A DNA stretch of 63,474 nt from Chiloscyllium plagiosum (taxonomy: Eukaryota). The stretch is from contig NC_057719.1 of NCBI RefSeq assembly GCF_004010195.1, positions 82,693,060-82,756,533 of the forward strand, in the 5' to 3' direction. The notes under the pieces were generated by a model. That model searched no databases and was not told the origin of the DNA. It saw nothing but the letters and a program-made list of their open reading frames with translations. The translations under genes and the position numbers were made by a program. Numbering within the stretch: position 1 is the first letter of the stretch; each line of letters opens with the position of its first letter. Positions 10,703 to 24,302 of this stretch are shown here, piece by piece.

Positions 10703-13700
10703 GTGAGCAACTGCAACCAGTTCAATCTGGCCTTGGGAGCCAAGGTAAATCGAGGCTTGGGCGAGGGCATGTTCCCTGGAAACTGGGCCAACCAATCCTC
10801 TATTCCTTTCCCTGCCAGCACAGGTTAGCTGAAGGTGCTGGGAATACTGTTCCGAGGAGCCGAGGCGTGTGCAAAATCTTGGGAGAAGAGCATTGCCAAG
10901 GTGAAGCAGAAATTGGTCATTTGGGAGTACCGCCCCCCCCCCATTGCAGGTCATCGGGTGTGAGGCACTCTCTCTGTTGTAGAAGGTCTGGCCCATTTGT
11001 TGCAGTCACCTGAGCCATCTCCCACGTCATCCGGAGGTCAAAGGTGAACCATGTCTGCAGGGACTCCTTGTACAAAACTCTGGATAAGGGGGGGAGGAAG
11101 AACGGACCCAACACTGCCCTCATCCTGATGGCCATCTTTGTGTGCGGCTAACCCACTTTGGTTTCTGGCCAATGGTGATTCCCAGGATGTTGTTAGTGGG
11201 GGGACTTCCGTGATGGTAATGTCAAGGCGGGGTGGTTAGTTTGTCTCTTATTGAAGATGGGCATTGCCTAGCATTTGTGCGGCACAAATGAAAATTAAAG
11301 CTTTTCACTGCATTTTATTGTATTCTTACTTTGAAATACACGCGACAATAAAATCATTCATCCATTCAAATATTACTTGCTACATGTCAACCCAAGCTTG
11401 GACATTGCCCAGGACTTGCTGCACACGTTCTATCACAGCATGATTGCTCCTGGGGGCGGACAGTTTTTTTCCTCGCTGGTAGATGTCGTGCTGCAAAGAA
11501 ACTTGTTTAAAATCTAATGGATCCCGTGGCAAATAAAACTTCAAAGGACGATTAAATATTCAGTATTCCTCCATGGGGGTGCTCTCAGATTGAGAGAAAT
11601 AACTTCACCATGTAAGAAAGCTCAATCCTCTCAGGCAGATCTAATACCCCCACCCCCCCACCCCACCGGATTCACAGGACAAGGGGAAGGGATATCATTT
11701 TGCCCTGAGTGGCGAAACTAGCCCTGAGCTAGGGTTCGTGGGCGGGGCAAACAGCGTGAGATCTAATACTTGCTTTACCGTAATCAAAATCAGTTGAGAT
11801 CATTAATGACCGCCGCTTCCATTTCGTGAGACGTGGGACAAGGTGCGGGAAATTTGCATGGTCAATATTCCAGCACAGAATGAGGCCGTTCGGCACATTG
11901 TCACTGCGCCTGCTAATTACTGTCCCATTAATCCCACCGCCCACTTCCAATTCCTGTGCGTTTCAACCCTCTCAGGTACTTTCTCCTGATGAAGGACTTT
12001 TGTCGGAAACGTCGATTTTCCTGCTCCTCGGAAGCTGCCTGACCTGCTGTGCTTTTCCAGCACCACTCTATAATCTTGACTCTGATCTCCAGCACCTGCA
12101 GTACCCACTTCTGCCTATTTCATCCGATGCCTTGTGGAGATTTCTCTTGAGTTTGATTACTCCTCCTGGTGAACCAGGAGTATAGCACTCATTCATGTCC
12201 TCACCAGACTGTGTTCACACCAGGTTATGGATTCCCCCACGTTGTCTGAAAGGAGGCACTGGAAAGGGCGCAGAGAAGCCTTACACGGGCGACAACAGCA
12301 TTGTCTTCCACATCAGGAAAGGATTGCCTGGTTTGGTCCATTTTCTCTTGGAAGAAGGTTCAAAGGAACATCTTTTCCCGGGGTCGTGAATATCTGGAAT
12401 TCTCTACTACAGAGTGTTGTGGAGGCTGGATCACCAAGTATTTAAAGAGAAGGTCAGTAGATTTTTCTAATAGCTGGGAGTTGAAGTCTCTGAGGAGCTG
12501 GCCCGGAAGAGGAATTGACGCCTGCAGCCTTTGCTCCACGATATCGTAGAATGGTGTAGCATGCGCTAAGGGGCCGAATGGCCTCCTCCACCTCACTCAA
12601 GCTTCAGCGAGGTGTGTACTTCCCATTCCAGCTCGTCCCAGGAAAACCCAGACGTTAACGGGGTTTGGGTTCATTCAGAACGGGAGGTGGTCAGTCAGCC
12701 CATTGAGCTTGTTCCGCCATCCATTTGGATCCTCCAACTTTATTTTCCTTCCTTGGCTCCGTGACCCTCGACGGCCTTGCCCAACGCCAACCGCAGGTCA
12801 AAGCATTTAGTCATCAGTCACAATCATCTCCGAGTTCAGTAAAGGAGTAATAACCAAGCAACCCCGTGACTTACTGCCTGCACACAACTCTGTAAAGGTG
12901 CTTCCCTTTTCAGAAGAACCTAAATAAAAGTGGGCAAGACGTTTGTGCATGTGAAACTTGAACAAGCCATTAATGACTCACGAGATCTGCCAACAAAACC
13001 CCAGAGGCCTAACTAAGAAATATGTTTACATGTTTGTGTAGAGTGAAGGGAATGTCATGTAACTGGAGCTTCTGGACTGGTTCCAAGTATCGATGGCAAC
13101 ACTTCCTAATTTGACTGAGCTCATTTTCAGAGTGTGAAGGACAGGTTCAGTCCCTGAGGGACTGGCAGGTCGGCAGATATCTGTTTGGCTTGGGGAACTC
13201 CCACCTCCACAAACCTGACCTGGAAGGGAGTACCCCCACCCAACCTGGCCCTGATCCTGCGAGGGCGGCAATCTGAGTGGGACCTCCGCCCCGGAATGAG
13301 TTCAGCGTCTGGGCCTGGCTATCGGAAAGTTCGGGGCCGGTGCTCCGGGATTTAGTGTTGGCCGGGTAAAAAGGGACGAGACAAGCAACAGACCCCAGCT
13401 CCCTCACATGCTCCCCAGTGTCTCACAGCCTCCCTTGTGGACAACCGCCCACCACTCCACGCATATGTCCCCTTCTGCTGTCTATGCCAACCCCTGCCCC
13501 TTTATCTACCCCATATGCCCCCCCCCCCCCCCCCAGCACTCCTCATTGCTGACCTTGCCCCTCCAGCCACTCACTTTATTGCCCTAATGCCAAACTGGTG
13601 CCAACCCATGTGTCCTACTCACCAACCTTTGACTATTCACCCTCCACACTCTGTATCCATCATGGAGGTGAAGGCTTTAGAACCCATGCTGGGGTTTAAT

Positions 13701-14271
13701 AATTTTCTTAAGTGGCCATTACTCAATTCACTATTTAAAAAAAAACATTAATTTGATGAACAAACCTACTCTTTACATTTAACTTCCTTTAATCCGTGTT
13801 AGAAAAGCACGCGTGCACTTAAGTTGTGGTAATGAGTGACTTTCTCGAATGACTGAAGCCTATATGGTGAACACACCCACCCACATACACAGACACACAC
13901 ATAGAGTGTCGTTACTAGATTGGTTCATTCAAGGAAGACTTGGTTTGAGGTCGTATCATGGTGCATGACTGTGAGCCTGAGAACAGCGCACACATCCAGA
14001 TACAACGGTTGCTTAGAACCAATACACTTCGATGAAACTGCAACTTCAAACAAAGCCCCTTGGAAGGTTTGAATTTAGTTTTGCAACATCAGCAAATGGA
14101 AACAGGCAGCAGCAGCTTTTGGTTCATTAGAAAACCCAGCCGGTCCTCTCGGTATACATTGGATAGACAGGACAACACTGTCTTCGTTCCATTCCTGCCA
14201 CAAACACCTGACTCCTTGCAACTAACTCCACTCTCCCCCTCCGGGCCCTATTTCAGACTGGCAGCCAGAGT

Positions 14272-14710
14272 AACACGGTGGCTTAGTGGTTAGCACTGCT
14301 GCCTCAGAACGCCAGGAACCCGGGTTCACTTCCAGCCTCAGGCGACTCTCTGTGTAGAGTTTGCATGTTGTCCCCATGTCTGTATGGGTTCCCTCCTACA
14401 GTCCAAAGATGTGCAGGTCAGGTGAGTTGGCCATGCTAAAATTGCCCATAGTGTTAGGTGCATTAATCAGAGGGAAATGGATCTGGGTGGGTTACTCTTC
14501 AGAGGGTAGGTGTGGACTTGTTGGGCCAGAGGGCCTTTTTCCACACTAGGGAATCTAATCTTAAATTGCCTGTAGTGTCTAGGGATGTGCAGGTTAGGTG
14601 GATTAGCCATGGGAAATATGGGGAGAGGGTGGAGGTTTGTGGCTAAGATGGGATGCTATTTGGAGGGTTGGTGCAGACTCAATGGGTTGAATGGCCTTTT
14701 TCTATCCTGT
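14272..14710 (+). mobile_element. HE1/V-type SINE with a second 3' portion
   Basis: A/B boxes and V core, two successive tail segments. Confidence 0.8.
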
Positions 14711-16428
14711 AGAAGCTCGAAGATAAACTTGTGACTCCATCTGCTTTCCATTGGATGTCTTCTTGGCCTATACACTTTGTCATTGCTGCATCAGGGTCAC
14801 AGCAAATAAAGTAACCTCAAAATTCAGTCCTTTTATTTGTATGAAAGCAGCACCAGGTTTGGGCACAGTGAGGTCTCAGTGACAACAAAGTGACAATAAC
14901 CAAATAATCTGCTATTCAAAATCACGTAACAGTGGTTGGATGATTAGTATGCTGGGGAAATCTCACTTGCCTGGGAGATATTTCACATTGACTTGCATTA
15001 ATTGTTCCGGGCATTAGTTTTAGATCTCGTCCAAAGGATAGGATCACCCATAATATAGTCCAATGGGTGTTTTAGCCTGGGCGATATCAAGTCTCGAACA
15101 CACAACCTTCTGATTCAGAAACAATGGTTCTACCCACTGAGCCATTGCTAACACGTGGGAGGTGGGGCTGCAAGTCTGTAGCTCTAAATCTCCAACCTCC
15201 AACTAGCAGTGGTGTGATGTAGAACTATCGTTTCTGACAAACTTGGTAATAACTTTATGGGAAGATTAAACAACTCTTTAAAAAATTTGCATGTGGCTGG
15301 CTCAGCCAGTGTTTATTGCCAGAAGGCACTTAAGAGTCAACCATATTGCTGTGAGGTTGCAGTCACATGTAGGCCAGACCAGGTAAGGATGGCAGATTTC
15401 CTTCCCTAAAGGATATTGCTGAACCGGGTGGGCTTTTAACAATGATTGCACAATCGCGGTTAGATTAGCTTTTTATTTCCAGACTTCTTGCATGAATTCA
15501 GTATCACCATCTGCCATGTTGGGACTCAAACCCACCTCACTGGAACATTTTGTCCGCCGTTCAGGATCACTCGTCCAGTCATGTTATTACTATGCCTCCC
15601 TGTTGTTTGCTCCCTGGAGAGAGGTGACTCGTGGTGAACTGTACAGAGTTCCTGTTTGCTCAACAGGGTAAGGATTGCTCAGTGTGTAATCCTACATGTT
15701 TCCTGTTTACAGCTTCAATGAGAGTTATTCCCTGAAGGGACTGAGGGTGAAATATTTTGACGTCCCTGATTAATAGTTTCTCAGCCCTGTCCCACTCGTG
15801 TGACCAATATCCCATCAGTCACCACAGGCTCCCTCTAATGTTCCAGGTCAGCAGGATGCAGGGTAGAGCTTCCTTGTTTGAGCTGGAGTTATTATCCTTT
15901 TTCCTGTGAGCAGCTTCTGAGCCAGAGTGATTTCACGTGTGTGTGTGTGTGTGAGGGGGAAGGGGGGGAGAAACAGGAAACCCAAATAGCTGGTTGAACT
16001 GGTTAAACTGATAAAGAAGCACCTGTTCCTCCGGGAAGTTGTTATACATCAGACACCCATCACTAAAATGTCATAACAACCAGCAGGCACGAGGGAAACA
16101 CAGGCGAGTGCTATCGATGAGTAACCAGGTCACGTAAACCCAATGACCCTCTGACTTAGGTAGGTAATTGAAGTGTTGATGAGTCACTCAGATGCGACTT
16201 CTTCAGTAACATGAGGAAATTCTGTCAAGCTGGTATGAAGATGTGGCTCAGTGGTTAGCACTGCTGCCTCACAGCACCAGGGACCTGCGTTTGATTCCAG
16301 CCTCAGGTGACTGTCTGCCTGGAGTTTGCACATTCACCCTGTGTCTGCGTGACTTTCCTCTGGGTGCTCCGGTTTCCTCCTGCAGTCACAAAGATGTACA
16401 GGTTAGGTGGATTGGCCATGGGGGAACG

Positions 16429-16714
16429 CAGGGGTTTTGCACATATTCTTGTCCGACACCCCAGTGCGATACTGAGGCAGTGTTGTGTTGCCACTAAACC
16501 AATGCAGCAACGAAGGCTTTTTATCGCTGAGAGGACCGGTATTAATGAGAGGATGTGGGTTAATGGGAGCACAGAGTCTCAGTAAGGCAGAGGACACTGA
16601 AGGGAACCTCTATGTCCATCAGAGAAAGGAGATGGGCCTTTGGTTTCGTGGCAATGCAACACTGCCTCAGTACTCCACTGGGGGTGTCGGTCAAGAATAT
16701 GTGCAAAATCCCTG
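16429..16714. mobile_element. Candidate MITE with about 75-bp imperfect terminal inverted repeats
   Basis: CAGGGGTTTTGCACATATTCTTG at the start and CAAGAATATGTGCAAAATCCCTG at the end. It abuts a truncated HE1 SINE (16243-16420). Confidence 0.6.
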
Positions 16715-17759
16715 AAGGGGTATTAATCTTTGATGCCAAGGCTTGAGGGCTAATAGTGAACCCAGACTGATGCGTGTTGTGTGTGATTGGTTCTGGTCTG
16801 CGTCAAATGAGATATCCAGGCTCAGACAGCAAACCTGCTGATGTGCCAGTTGCCCAAAGCTTCACTTTGCTTCTTACAGATACATCATTGCACTTGTTTT
16901 CCTCCCTTTGTTTGGGAGAATACGCACTGGACACGCAGCTGCTGGCTGGTGCAACTTGTCAGAAAGGTCTGAGGCACACAGAGAGAAACTTCAATTTTGA
17001 AACAAAAAAGCCTTCGGTTTGCTCAAAGATGCGAGTTACGTTTGAAAACCCAGTGCTCCCCTCTTACCAGGTGACATAACCCCCTCTGATCCTTGTGCCT
17101 CTAATACAGGTGAGGGTCAGGACCCCATGTGGGTCCATGGGGTGAACCTTGGGCCTGTGAGCAAATGGCTGCCACACAGCCTTCCCCTCCAGTCTCACAG
17201 CTCTGCACACTCCTGTCGCACAGTCTCTGCACGCTCCTGTCGCACAGTCTCTGCTTACGAGTCGTGGCCATGTTCAAAATGGGGTCACGGCGGGAAAAGG
17301 TTTGGGAAGCACTGGGTGTGATATTTGTCACAGTCATCCTGCTGTACCGATCCCACACCCCACACCGTTAGAGAGATTCCTGCGAAAAAGGTGCGTGTTC
17401 TTAGCTTTTGTACGAATCTGTTCTGGCAACTGATGGCAAACAGACAGTCTTAGTCTTTTGCTATGTAGCTTTACTACAGTCAAAGATTTTGTGACGTCTA
17501 TAACAATTAACCAGGAAAGAATACTTGTATGGTGTTTGTTGGGGTCAAAATGAAGTATTTCCTACGGTCAAGTATGTATGGGATATGAACAGCGTATACA
17601 ACAAGTGATCAGTAAGGTTCATTGTACTGATGGAAGAATGTATCCGTGGGAAATTCTAGCACTAGGGGTCATAGTTTAAAAATAAAGAGCGCCCATTTAA
17701 AACAGGGATAAGGAAACATTTTTTTCTCTGAGGGATGCGAATCTTTAGAATTACCTTCC

Positions 17760-18485
17760 TTAAAATAGGAGTTGGGACATCACGTTGTGGCTGTACAGGA
17801 CATTGGTGAGGCCACTGATGATGGTGATGATGAAGCCCGAAGTGTTGACTCTCCTCGGATGCTGCTTGACCAGCTCTGCTTTCCCAGCGCCACACTTTTC
17901 GACTCGGACTCTCCAGCATCTGCAGTCCTCACTTTCTGCCACACAATTCCGGCCGCCCTCCTATCAGAAGGATGTTGTTAAACTAGAAAGGGTGCAGAAA
18001 ACATTTACAAGGATTTACGGGAGTGGAGGGTTTGTGTTATGGAGTGAGGCTGAATAGGCTGGGGCTTTATTTTCCCTGCAGCGTCGGAGACTGAGGGGTG
18101 TTTTGATAGAGGTTTATAAAATTATGAGGGGCATTGCTGGGGTGAATAGCCAAGGTCATTTCCCCGTGGTGAAAGGCACCAAAACTAGAGGGCATAGGTT
18201 TAAGGTGAGAGGGGAAAGATTTAAACAGGACCAGAGAGGTAACTTTTTCATCCAGAGGGTGGTATGTGTATGGAATGAGCTGCCAGAGGAAGTGGTGGAG
18301 GCTGGTACAATTACAACATTTAAAAGGCTTCTGGATGGGTATATGGATAAGAAGGGTTTGGAGGGATATGGGCCAAGTGCTGGCAAATGGGCCTAGGACA
18401 GATTGGGATGTCTGGGTGGCGTGGATGAGTTGGACCAAAAGCTTTGTTTCCATCGTGTATGACACTATGGCTCCTTGACTCTATA
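17760..18485 (+). mobile_element. CR1/HER1-like LINE 3' fragment with a nested PLE repeat (about 17815-17940)
   Basis: LYRTLVRP, VVKLERVQK, IEVYKIMRG, TRGHRFKVRG and WNELPEEVVEAG. Confidence 0.88.
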
Positions 18486-20024
18486 AAGGCAGTGTATGCA
18501 GCATCTTTAAGATTTATTTAAGGCAGAGTTAGATAGATTCTTGATTACCAAGGAGGTGAAATATTATCGAAAATGTACAGGAGTATAGAGTTGAAAACAG
18601 ATCAGCCATGATCTTATTGAATGGAGGGGGCAGACGCAAAGGACTGGATGACCAACCCTGTTCCTTATTTAATGAACTGCCTACTGTTTCAGAAAGCCAT
18701 GTCAATTCGAAAATGATCATCTGCCAGAGAGTATATGTTATGAAGGGATCACTGGGAATAACGTAATAGTTAGTAATAATCTGTGAAAGGTTTTTTTTTG
18801 TTGAGAGGGGCAAATAGTTCTGCAAGGGTTTTTATTTTATTCTTTAGGGAAATGGAGTTGCAGAGAGTATGCGATGCAGGTGCTGAGTTAGCATTTATTT
18901 CAAGCTGTAATTCACAGATGGATTGGATGAGGCAGCAGCAGATGTGTTGTCGTCAGTGTTGTCAGAGGAACACACTAGCAGGCAATTGCAGTATGTGTGT
19001 ACACTCCGTTATCCAGATCTCTGCCAAAACCAACCATCTGGCAGTGATAGCGTGAAATCAGAAATGACTTAGCAGGGTAAGTCATCCTTTTGGACCGCAG
19101 AGTACTCTAGAGTTGGGTTCGTGGTGTCGCTGTGCAGCGAGAGCTACAAACAGGACGTGCTGAGGTTCTGTATGTCACTTTTCACATTTCACGTAGTGTC
19201 CTGTGATTGTTTAGTACAGCACAGCAGGCAATGGTTGCTGGCGGTGCAGTGATATAGGAAGGAAGAGCTTGCGATTAAAAGGTATCTTCACAAGCTCTCA
19301 AAGCGCTTTCCAGGAAATGGAGTGCACAGCACCAAAAGTACACACAGCAAGGTTCCACAGACAACAATGCGGTAATGACCAGATGTGGTTTGTAGTAATG
19401 TTGTTGGAGAGATACATGTATTGGACACTGGGTGAACTCCCCTGTGTTATGATGTACTGCCATGGTAACTAGTACACCCAGTGGAGAGGCAGATCCTTGC
19501 GTTAATATCTCCTCAGACTGAAGGCCCCCTTGGCAATATGAAATACTCCATCAGCATTACTTTGGAATATGAACCAATAACCTTTTGACTCCAAGCCAAG
19601 CAGGCGGCTCAACTATAGGAAAGACTTGAACCATGACTCAGGGCAGGGTTTGGCTCACATTCAGCAGATTTTAAAACTCCACTGCCTACCTTTTTCTGAA
19701 TTCCTTCACTGGTTGTGGTGGCAGGCCAGGCAAATCTCCTGATTCAACTCTGTCCCATTAAGGACAGGGGGATGGGAATGGGTGGAACGGACTTTGGAAA
19801 GTCAGTGTTGACTCGATGGGCCAAATGGCCTGCTTCGCCACCATTGAGCTTCTGTGATTATTCTGTCAGGACACTCGACCTTGGAATTTGTAAGCTTGCC
19901 TGTGTCCATGTTCCTATATTTTTAAGCCAAAATTGATTGTTCAGTTCAAACTGTAAATGTCCATTCTCCAGGCTTCTGGAGAAATGGAATCTTTCAGTAG
20001 CCCCCTGTGACTTTTCAGTTTTTT

Positions 20025-21110
20025 CGGATCTGCAGTAACAGGATAGGTCAGAGTCAGCATGGATTAATGAAGGGGAAATCATGCTTGACTAACCTTCTGG
20101 AATTTTTTGAGGATGTAACTCTGAAGATGGACAAGGGAGATCCAGGGGATGTAGTGTACCTGGACTTTCAGAAAGCTTTTGATAAAGTCCCACATAAGAG
20201 GTTAGTGAGCAAAATTAGGGCGCATGGTATTGGAGGCAAAGTACTGACTTGGATTGAAAATTGGTTGGCCGACAGGAAACAAAGAGTAGTGATAAACAGC
20301 TCCCTTTCGGAATGGTAGGCGGTGACCAGTGGGGTACCGCAGGGATCAGTGCTGGGACCGCAGCTTTTTACAATATATATTAATGATATAGAAGATGGTA
20401 TTAATAGTAACATTAGCAAATTTGCTGATGATACAAAGCTGGGTGGNNNNNNNNNNNNNNNNNNNNNNNNNNNNNNNNNNNNNNNNNNNNNNNNNNNNNN
20501 NNNNNNNNNNNNNNNNNNNNNNNNNNNNNNNNNNNNNNNNNNNNNNNNNNNNNNNNNNNNNNNNNNNNNNNNNNNNNNNNNNNNNNNNNNNNNNNNNNNN
20601 NNNNNNNNNNNNNNNNNNNNNNNNNNNNNNNNNNNNNNNNNNNNNNNNNNNNNNNNNNNNNNNNNNNNNNNNTGAAAGATTGGAGCGACTGGACTTGTAT
20701 ACCCTTGAGTTTAGAAGACTGAGAGGGGATCTAATTGAGACATATAAGATTATTAAAGGATTGGACACTCTGGAGGCAGGAAACATGTTTCCGCTGATGG
20801 GTGAGTGCCGAACCAGAGGACACAGCTTAAAAATAAGGGGTAGGCCATTTAGGATAGAGATGAGGAGAAACCTCTTCACTCAGAGAGTGGTGGCAGTGTG
20901 GAATGCTCTGCCCCAGAAGGCAGTGGAGGCCCAATCTCTGGATTCGTTTAAGAAAGAGTTGGATAGAGCTCTCAAGGATAGTGGAATCAAGGGTTATGGA
21001 GATAAGGCAGGAACAGGATACTGATTGAGGATGATCAGTCATGATCATAATGAATGGTAGTGCAGGCTCGAAGGGCAGAATGGCCTACTCCTGCACCTAT
21101 TGTCTATTGT
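20025..21110 (+). mobile_element. Young CR1 LINE RT/3' end with an N gap
   Basis: [43 protein letters not shown] and [10 protein letters not shown]; the ORF ends DKAGTGY and is followed by the 3' UTR. Confidence 0.93.
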
Positions 21111-21454
21111 CAGTCCTTTGTGCAGTAGGTTGCCGGTGTGCTAATGGTTTTAGATCATGCCTATCCTTTCAAATATAACATCGCTGGATGGTAGCAATAT
21201 TGGAAACAGACACATCGGCAGTTTGAAGGATTCACACTGAGCTGCAATTTTTGTGATACAGTACAATATAGAAAACAGAGTTAACAGGATATAGCTCAAA
21301 CAAGAATATATGGAAAATGTTTGCACCAGAATATAAGAGATATACTTCACACAAATCTATGGAAGACAAATGGCATGAGCCAACATCTACCTGGTGCATT
21401 GAGTCTACAAGACCAGATTGACAGAAAGAGATAGAGTGCTTGGTGTAAGTATAA

Positions 21455-22205
21455 CAGTCTCTCCCTCAGCAAAATGAAAGATGTGATCGTTGACTTCAGG
21501 AAGCAAGGTGGTGATCTCGCTTCCTGTCTACATCAGTGGTGCTCAGGTGGAGATGGTCGAGAGTGTCAGGTTTCTGGGAGTGGTGATCACCAACAACCTG
21601 TCCGAGTCCACTCACCTTAACACCACGGTCAAGAAAGCACAACAACATCTCGGCCTCGTCAGGAAGCTAAGGAAATTCGGCATGTCCACAAGGACTCTTA
21701 CCAACTTTTATAGATACACCATAGAAAGCATCCTATCCAGATGCGTCACGACCTGGTACAACAACTGCTCTGCCCAGGACCGTAAGAAACTACAGAGAGT
21801 TGTGAACATAGCCCAGTCCATCACACAAACCAACCTTCCAGCCATTGAATCTGTCTATACTTCCTGCTGCCTGGGGAAGACAGCGACATCATCAAAGGCT
21901 CCTCCCACCCCAGTTATAATCTCTTCCAACCTCTTCCATTGGGCAAAAGATACAAAATCTTAAACACATGTACCAACAGATTCAAGAACAGCTCCTTCCT
22001 GGTTGTTATGAGGCTTTTGAATGGACCTCTCAAATTTCAAATTTAATGTTGATCTCGCTCCAATGCGCAGTTTCTCTGCAGCTGTAACATTGCATTCCTC
22101 ACTCTGTTCTACTACCCTAACGCACAGTGTATGGTATCATCTGTTTGTACTGCACAGCAAAATAAAACTTTTCACTCTACCTAGGTAAATGTGACTGTAA
22201 TAAAT
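21455..22205 (+). mobile_element. Rex1/Babar-type LINE 3' end
   Basis: VESVRFLGVVITNNLS, LRKFGMS..TLTNFYR.TIESILS and CSAQDRKKLQRVV. Confidence 0.85.
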
Positions 22206-23015
22206 CAGATCCGATTGAATATTGGTGTGTCCAGCATGGGCTCAAAATCATTTAAGTGTTAGTTCTGTGGTCAAGCAGGTCAATTTTTATCACACTTTTC
22301 AATGCAAAATAATTCAATGGATACAGTCACCTTTCAACTATACTGAGCGCAGAAAAAGAAGATACCATTGTCTGGCTCCCACACTGTGCTCAGTTACCCA
22401 AAGTCTCAGGGTCCAAAATTTGCTTCCGATTCCTGGACTAGACTTAGGGAGAGAATGCCTCCTACAGGGTATGTTTTTACTTAACGTGGCAATGCCCACT
22501 CCCATTATATAAGAAACTGGGTGACGGTATCAAGATATTGAAGATTGTGTGAAGATATATAACATTCGTCAGTCAGACCTATATCTGGGCTAATATTAAG
22601 TTATTAGCTTACAACAGTGCAGCAGTGAAGTGTCATGCTTCAAGTGATAAGATGAGGTAAGATGGAGCATGAGGTCGTTATCCTCTAAGGCCGCATGCTA
22701 CGAAATAATGATAGTATCAGGAGCATGTCAATCAAAGGTGTGCTGACACTCTGACTGTGAGATCCAACACAGCAAGCAGACAGAGAAATCCAGACCATGT
22801 TCCCCTGCTTTGAAGTGTGTGTGACCCATTAACGTTGTGACTGAAACATGTGCTGGGACTTTGGAGATTGGTCGCCAGGGCTACATGTTGACAAAGCCAT
22901 TATGCCCCTGGAACTGCAGTTAATGTAAAAAAGGAAGACCACTGGGGGCATTTTCACTTAATGCTGTCAGTGCTTACGTGTGCATACACAGATGGGAACA
23001 CTTAGCACTTAGTGT

Positions 23016-23322
23016 GGGTGGCACGGTGGCACAGTGGTTAGCACTGCTGCCTCACAGCGCCAGAGACCCGGGTTCAATTCCCGACTCAGGCGACTGACTG
23101 TGTGGAGTTTGCACATTCTCCCCGTGTCTGCGTGGGTTTCCTCCGGTTTCCTCCCACAGTCCAAAGATGTGCACGTCAGGTGAATTGGCCATGCTAAATT
23201 GCCCGTAGTGTTAGGTAAAGGGGTAAATGTACGGGAATGGGTGGGTTGCGCTTCGTCGGGTCAGTGTGGACTTGTTGGGCCGAAGGGCCTGTTTCCACAC
23301 TGTAAGTAATCTAATCTAATCT
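23016..23322 (+). mobile_element. HE1/V-type SINE, young full-length copy
   Basis: TGGCACAGTGG A box, GGTTCAATTCC B box and TAATCTAATCTAATCT tail. Confidence 0.92.
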
Positions 23323-23618
23323 TAACATATCACAGTCACTGATACAGTGCCAGTGCAGTCACAATGTTTACACCTTCCATACCCTTAATATGTGCATAAA
23401 TGATACTGACTCCTCTTCTCAGTACATGCAGTGACTGTTTATCATTCAAATAGCGTGAGATTAAATCACAAATCTAACGCGCTGCAACTAACCAATGAAA
23501 CACCACTGTCAAGACTTTGTGATATAAATAGCACATTTCATGTTTTCTAGATAAGCACAACCACAAATGGTAGAAGTGATTTAAAGGACGGCATAACCTT
23601 AGCATAACCTAGAAAAAT

Positions 23619-24302
23619 GGATACTCAGGGGTGAGTTACAGACTGGAAGCTAATGGAGAGGTTCAAATGGTTTATATATAGAATACAGGTAGTTCTGGCA
23701 TTTCAGCAGCGCGATTTGGCTATACTGTTGCTGAAGAATTAAGGAATGGTATTTTCGCGAATGCTTACCTCCGTTGGCAATAGCGCCATTCTAGCAGGGA
23801 TCGGTTTGCACACTTCATTCTGCACATGTGCAGATGTGCACGCCAAAGTCTCTGTGCTGTTCTGCACGTGTGCAGATGTGAGCGCCAAAGTCTCTGTGCC
23901 GTTCTGCACGTGTGCAGATGTCAGCTACCAACGGAGCAGCTTTGTTTCATTATTTCGACCTTCATTCAGGCTGTGCTATACTTTGCGATAAACATTTGGG
24001 TGATTTTTGAGCGATTGTGAGTGTTTTTTTTTGCTGGTCTGCTCCAGCCCCACTTTTCCCATAGGCCCCATTATTCCTATTACGCGAGGTTTCACTGGAA
24101 CGCAACTATGGCGTTATAGGAAAACTACCTGTAATAGATACCCAGGAGTGAGTTACAAACTGGAATCTAATCGAGGGGTTCAGATAGATTCTATATAGAA
24201 TAACGGATACCCAGGAATGAGCTACAGACTGGGATGTAATCAAGGGGTTCAGATGGGTTTTTTTATATAGAATAATGGATACCGGGAGTGAGTTACATAC
24301 TG
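23619..24302. repeat. Tandem repeat of about 68 bp (about 3.4 copies) split by a MITE
   Basis: Unit approximates GGATACCCAGGAGTGAGTTACAGACTGGAATCTAATCGAGGGGTTCAGATGGTTTATATATAGAATAAC. Confidence 0.85.
23686..24131. mobile_element. Tc1/mariner-pogo-like MITE with a TA TSD
   Basis: TA|CAGGTAGTT...AACTACCTG|TA, with an internal 42-bp tandem repeat. Confidence 0.8.

Noticed and set aside
18848..19076. Extra coding exon ending at AGG|GTAAGT
   Set aside because: The frame needed to join the exon at 35369 has an in-frame TAG shortly upstream and no MAPKBP1 similarity.
23016..23090. tRNA genes at A/B-box sequences
   Set aside because: These are tRNA-derived heads of SINEs that continue into SINE body and tail.
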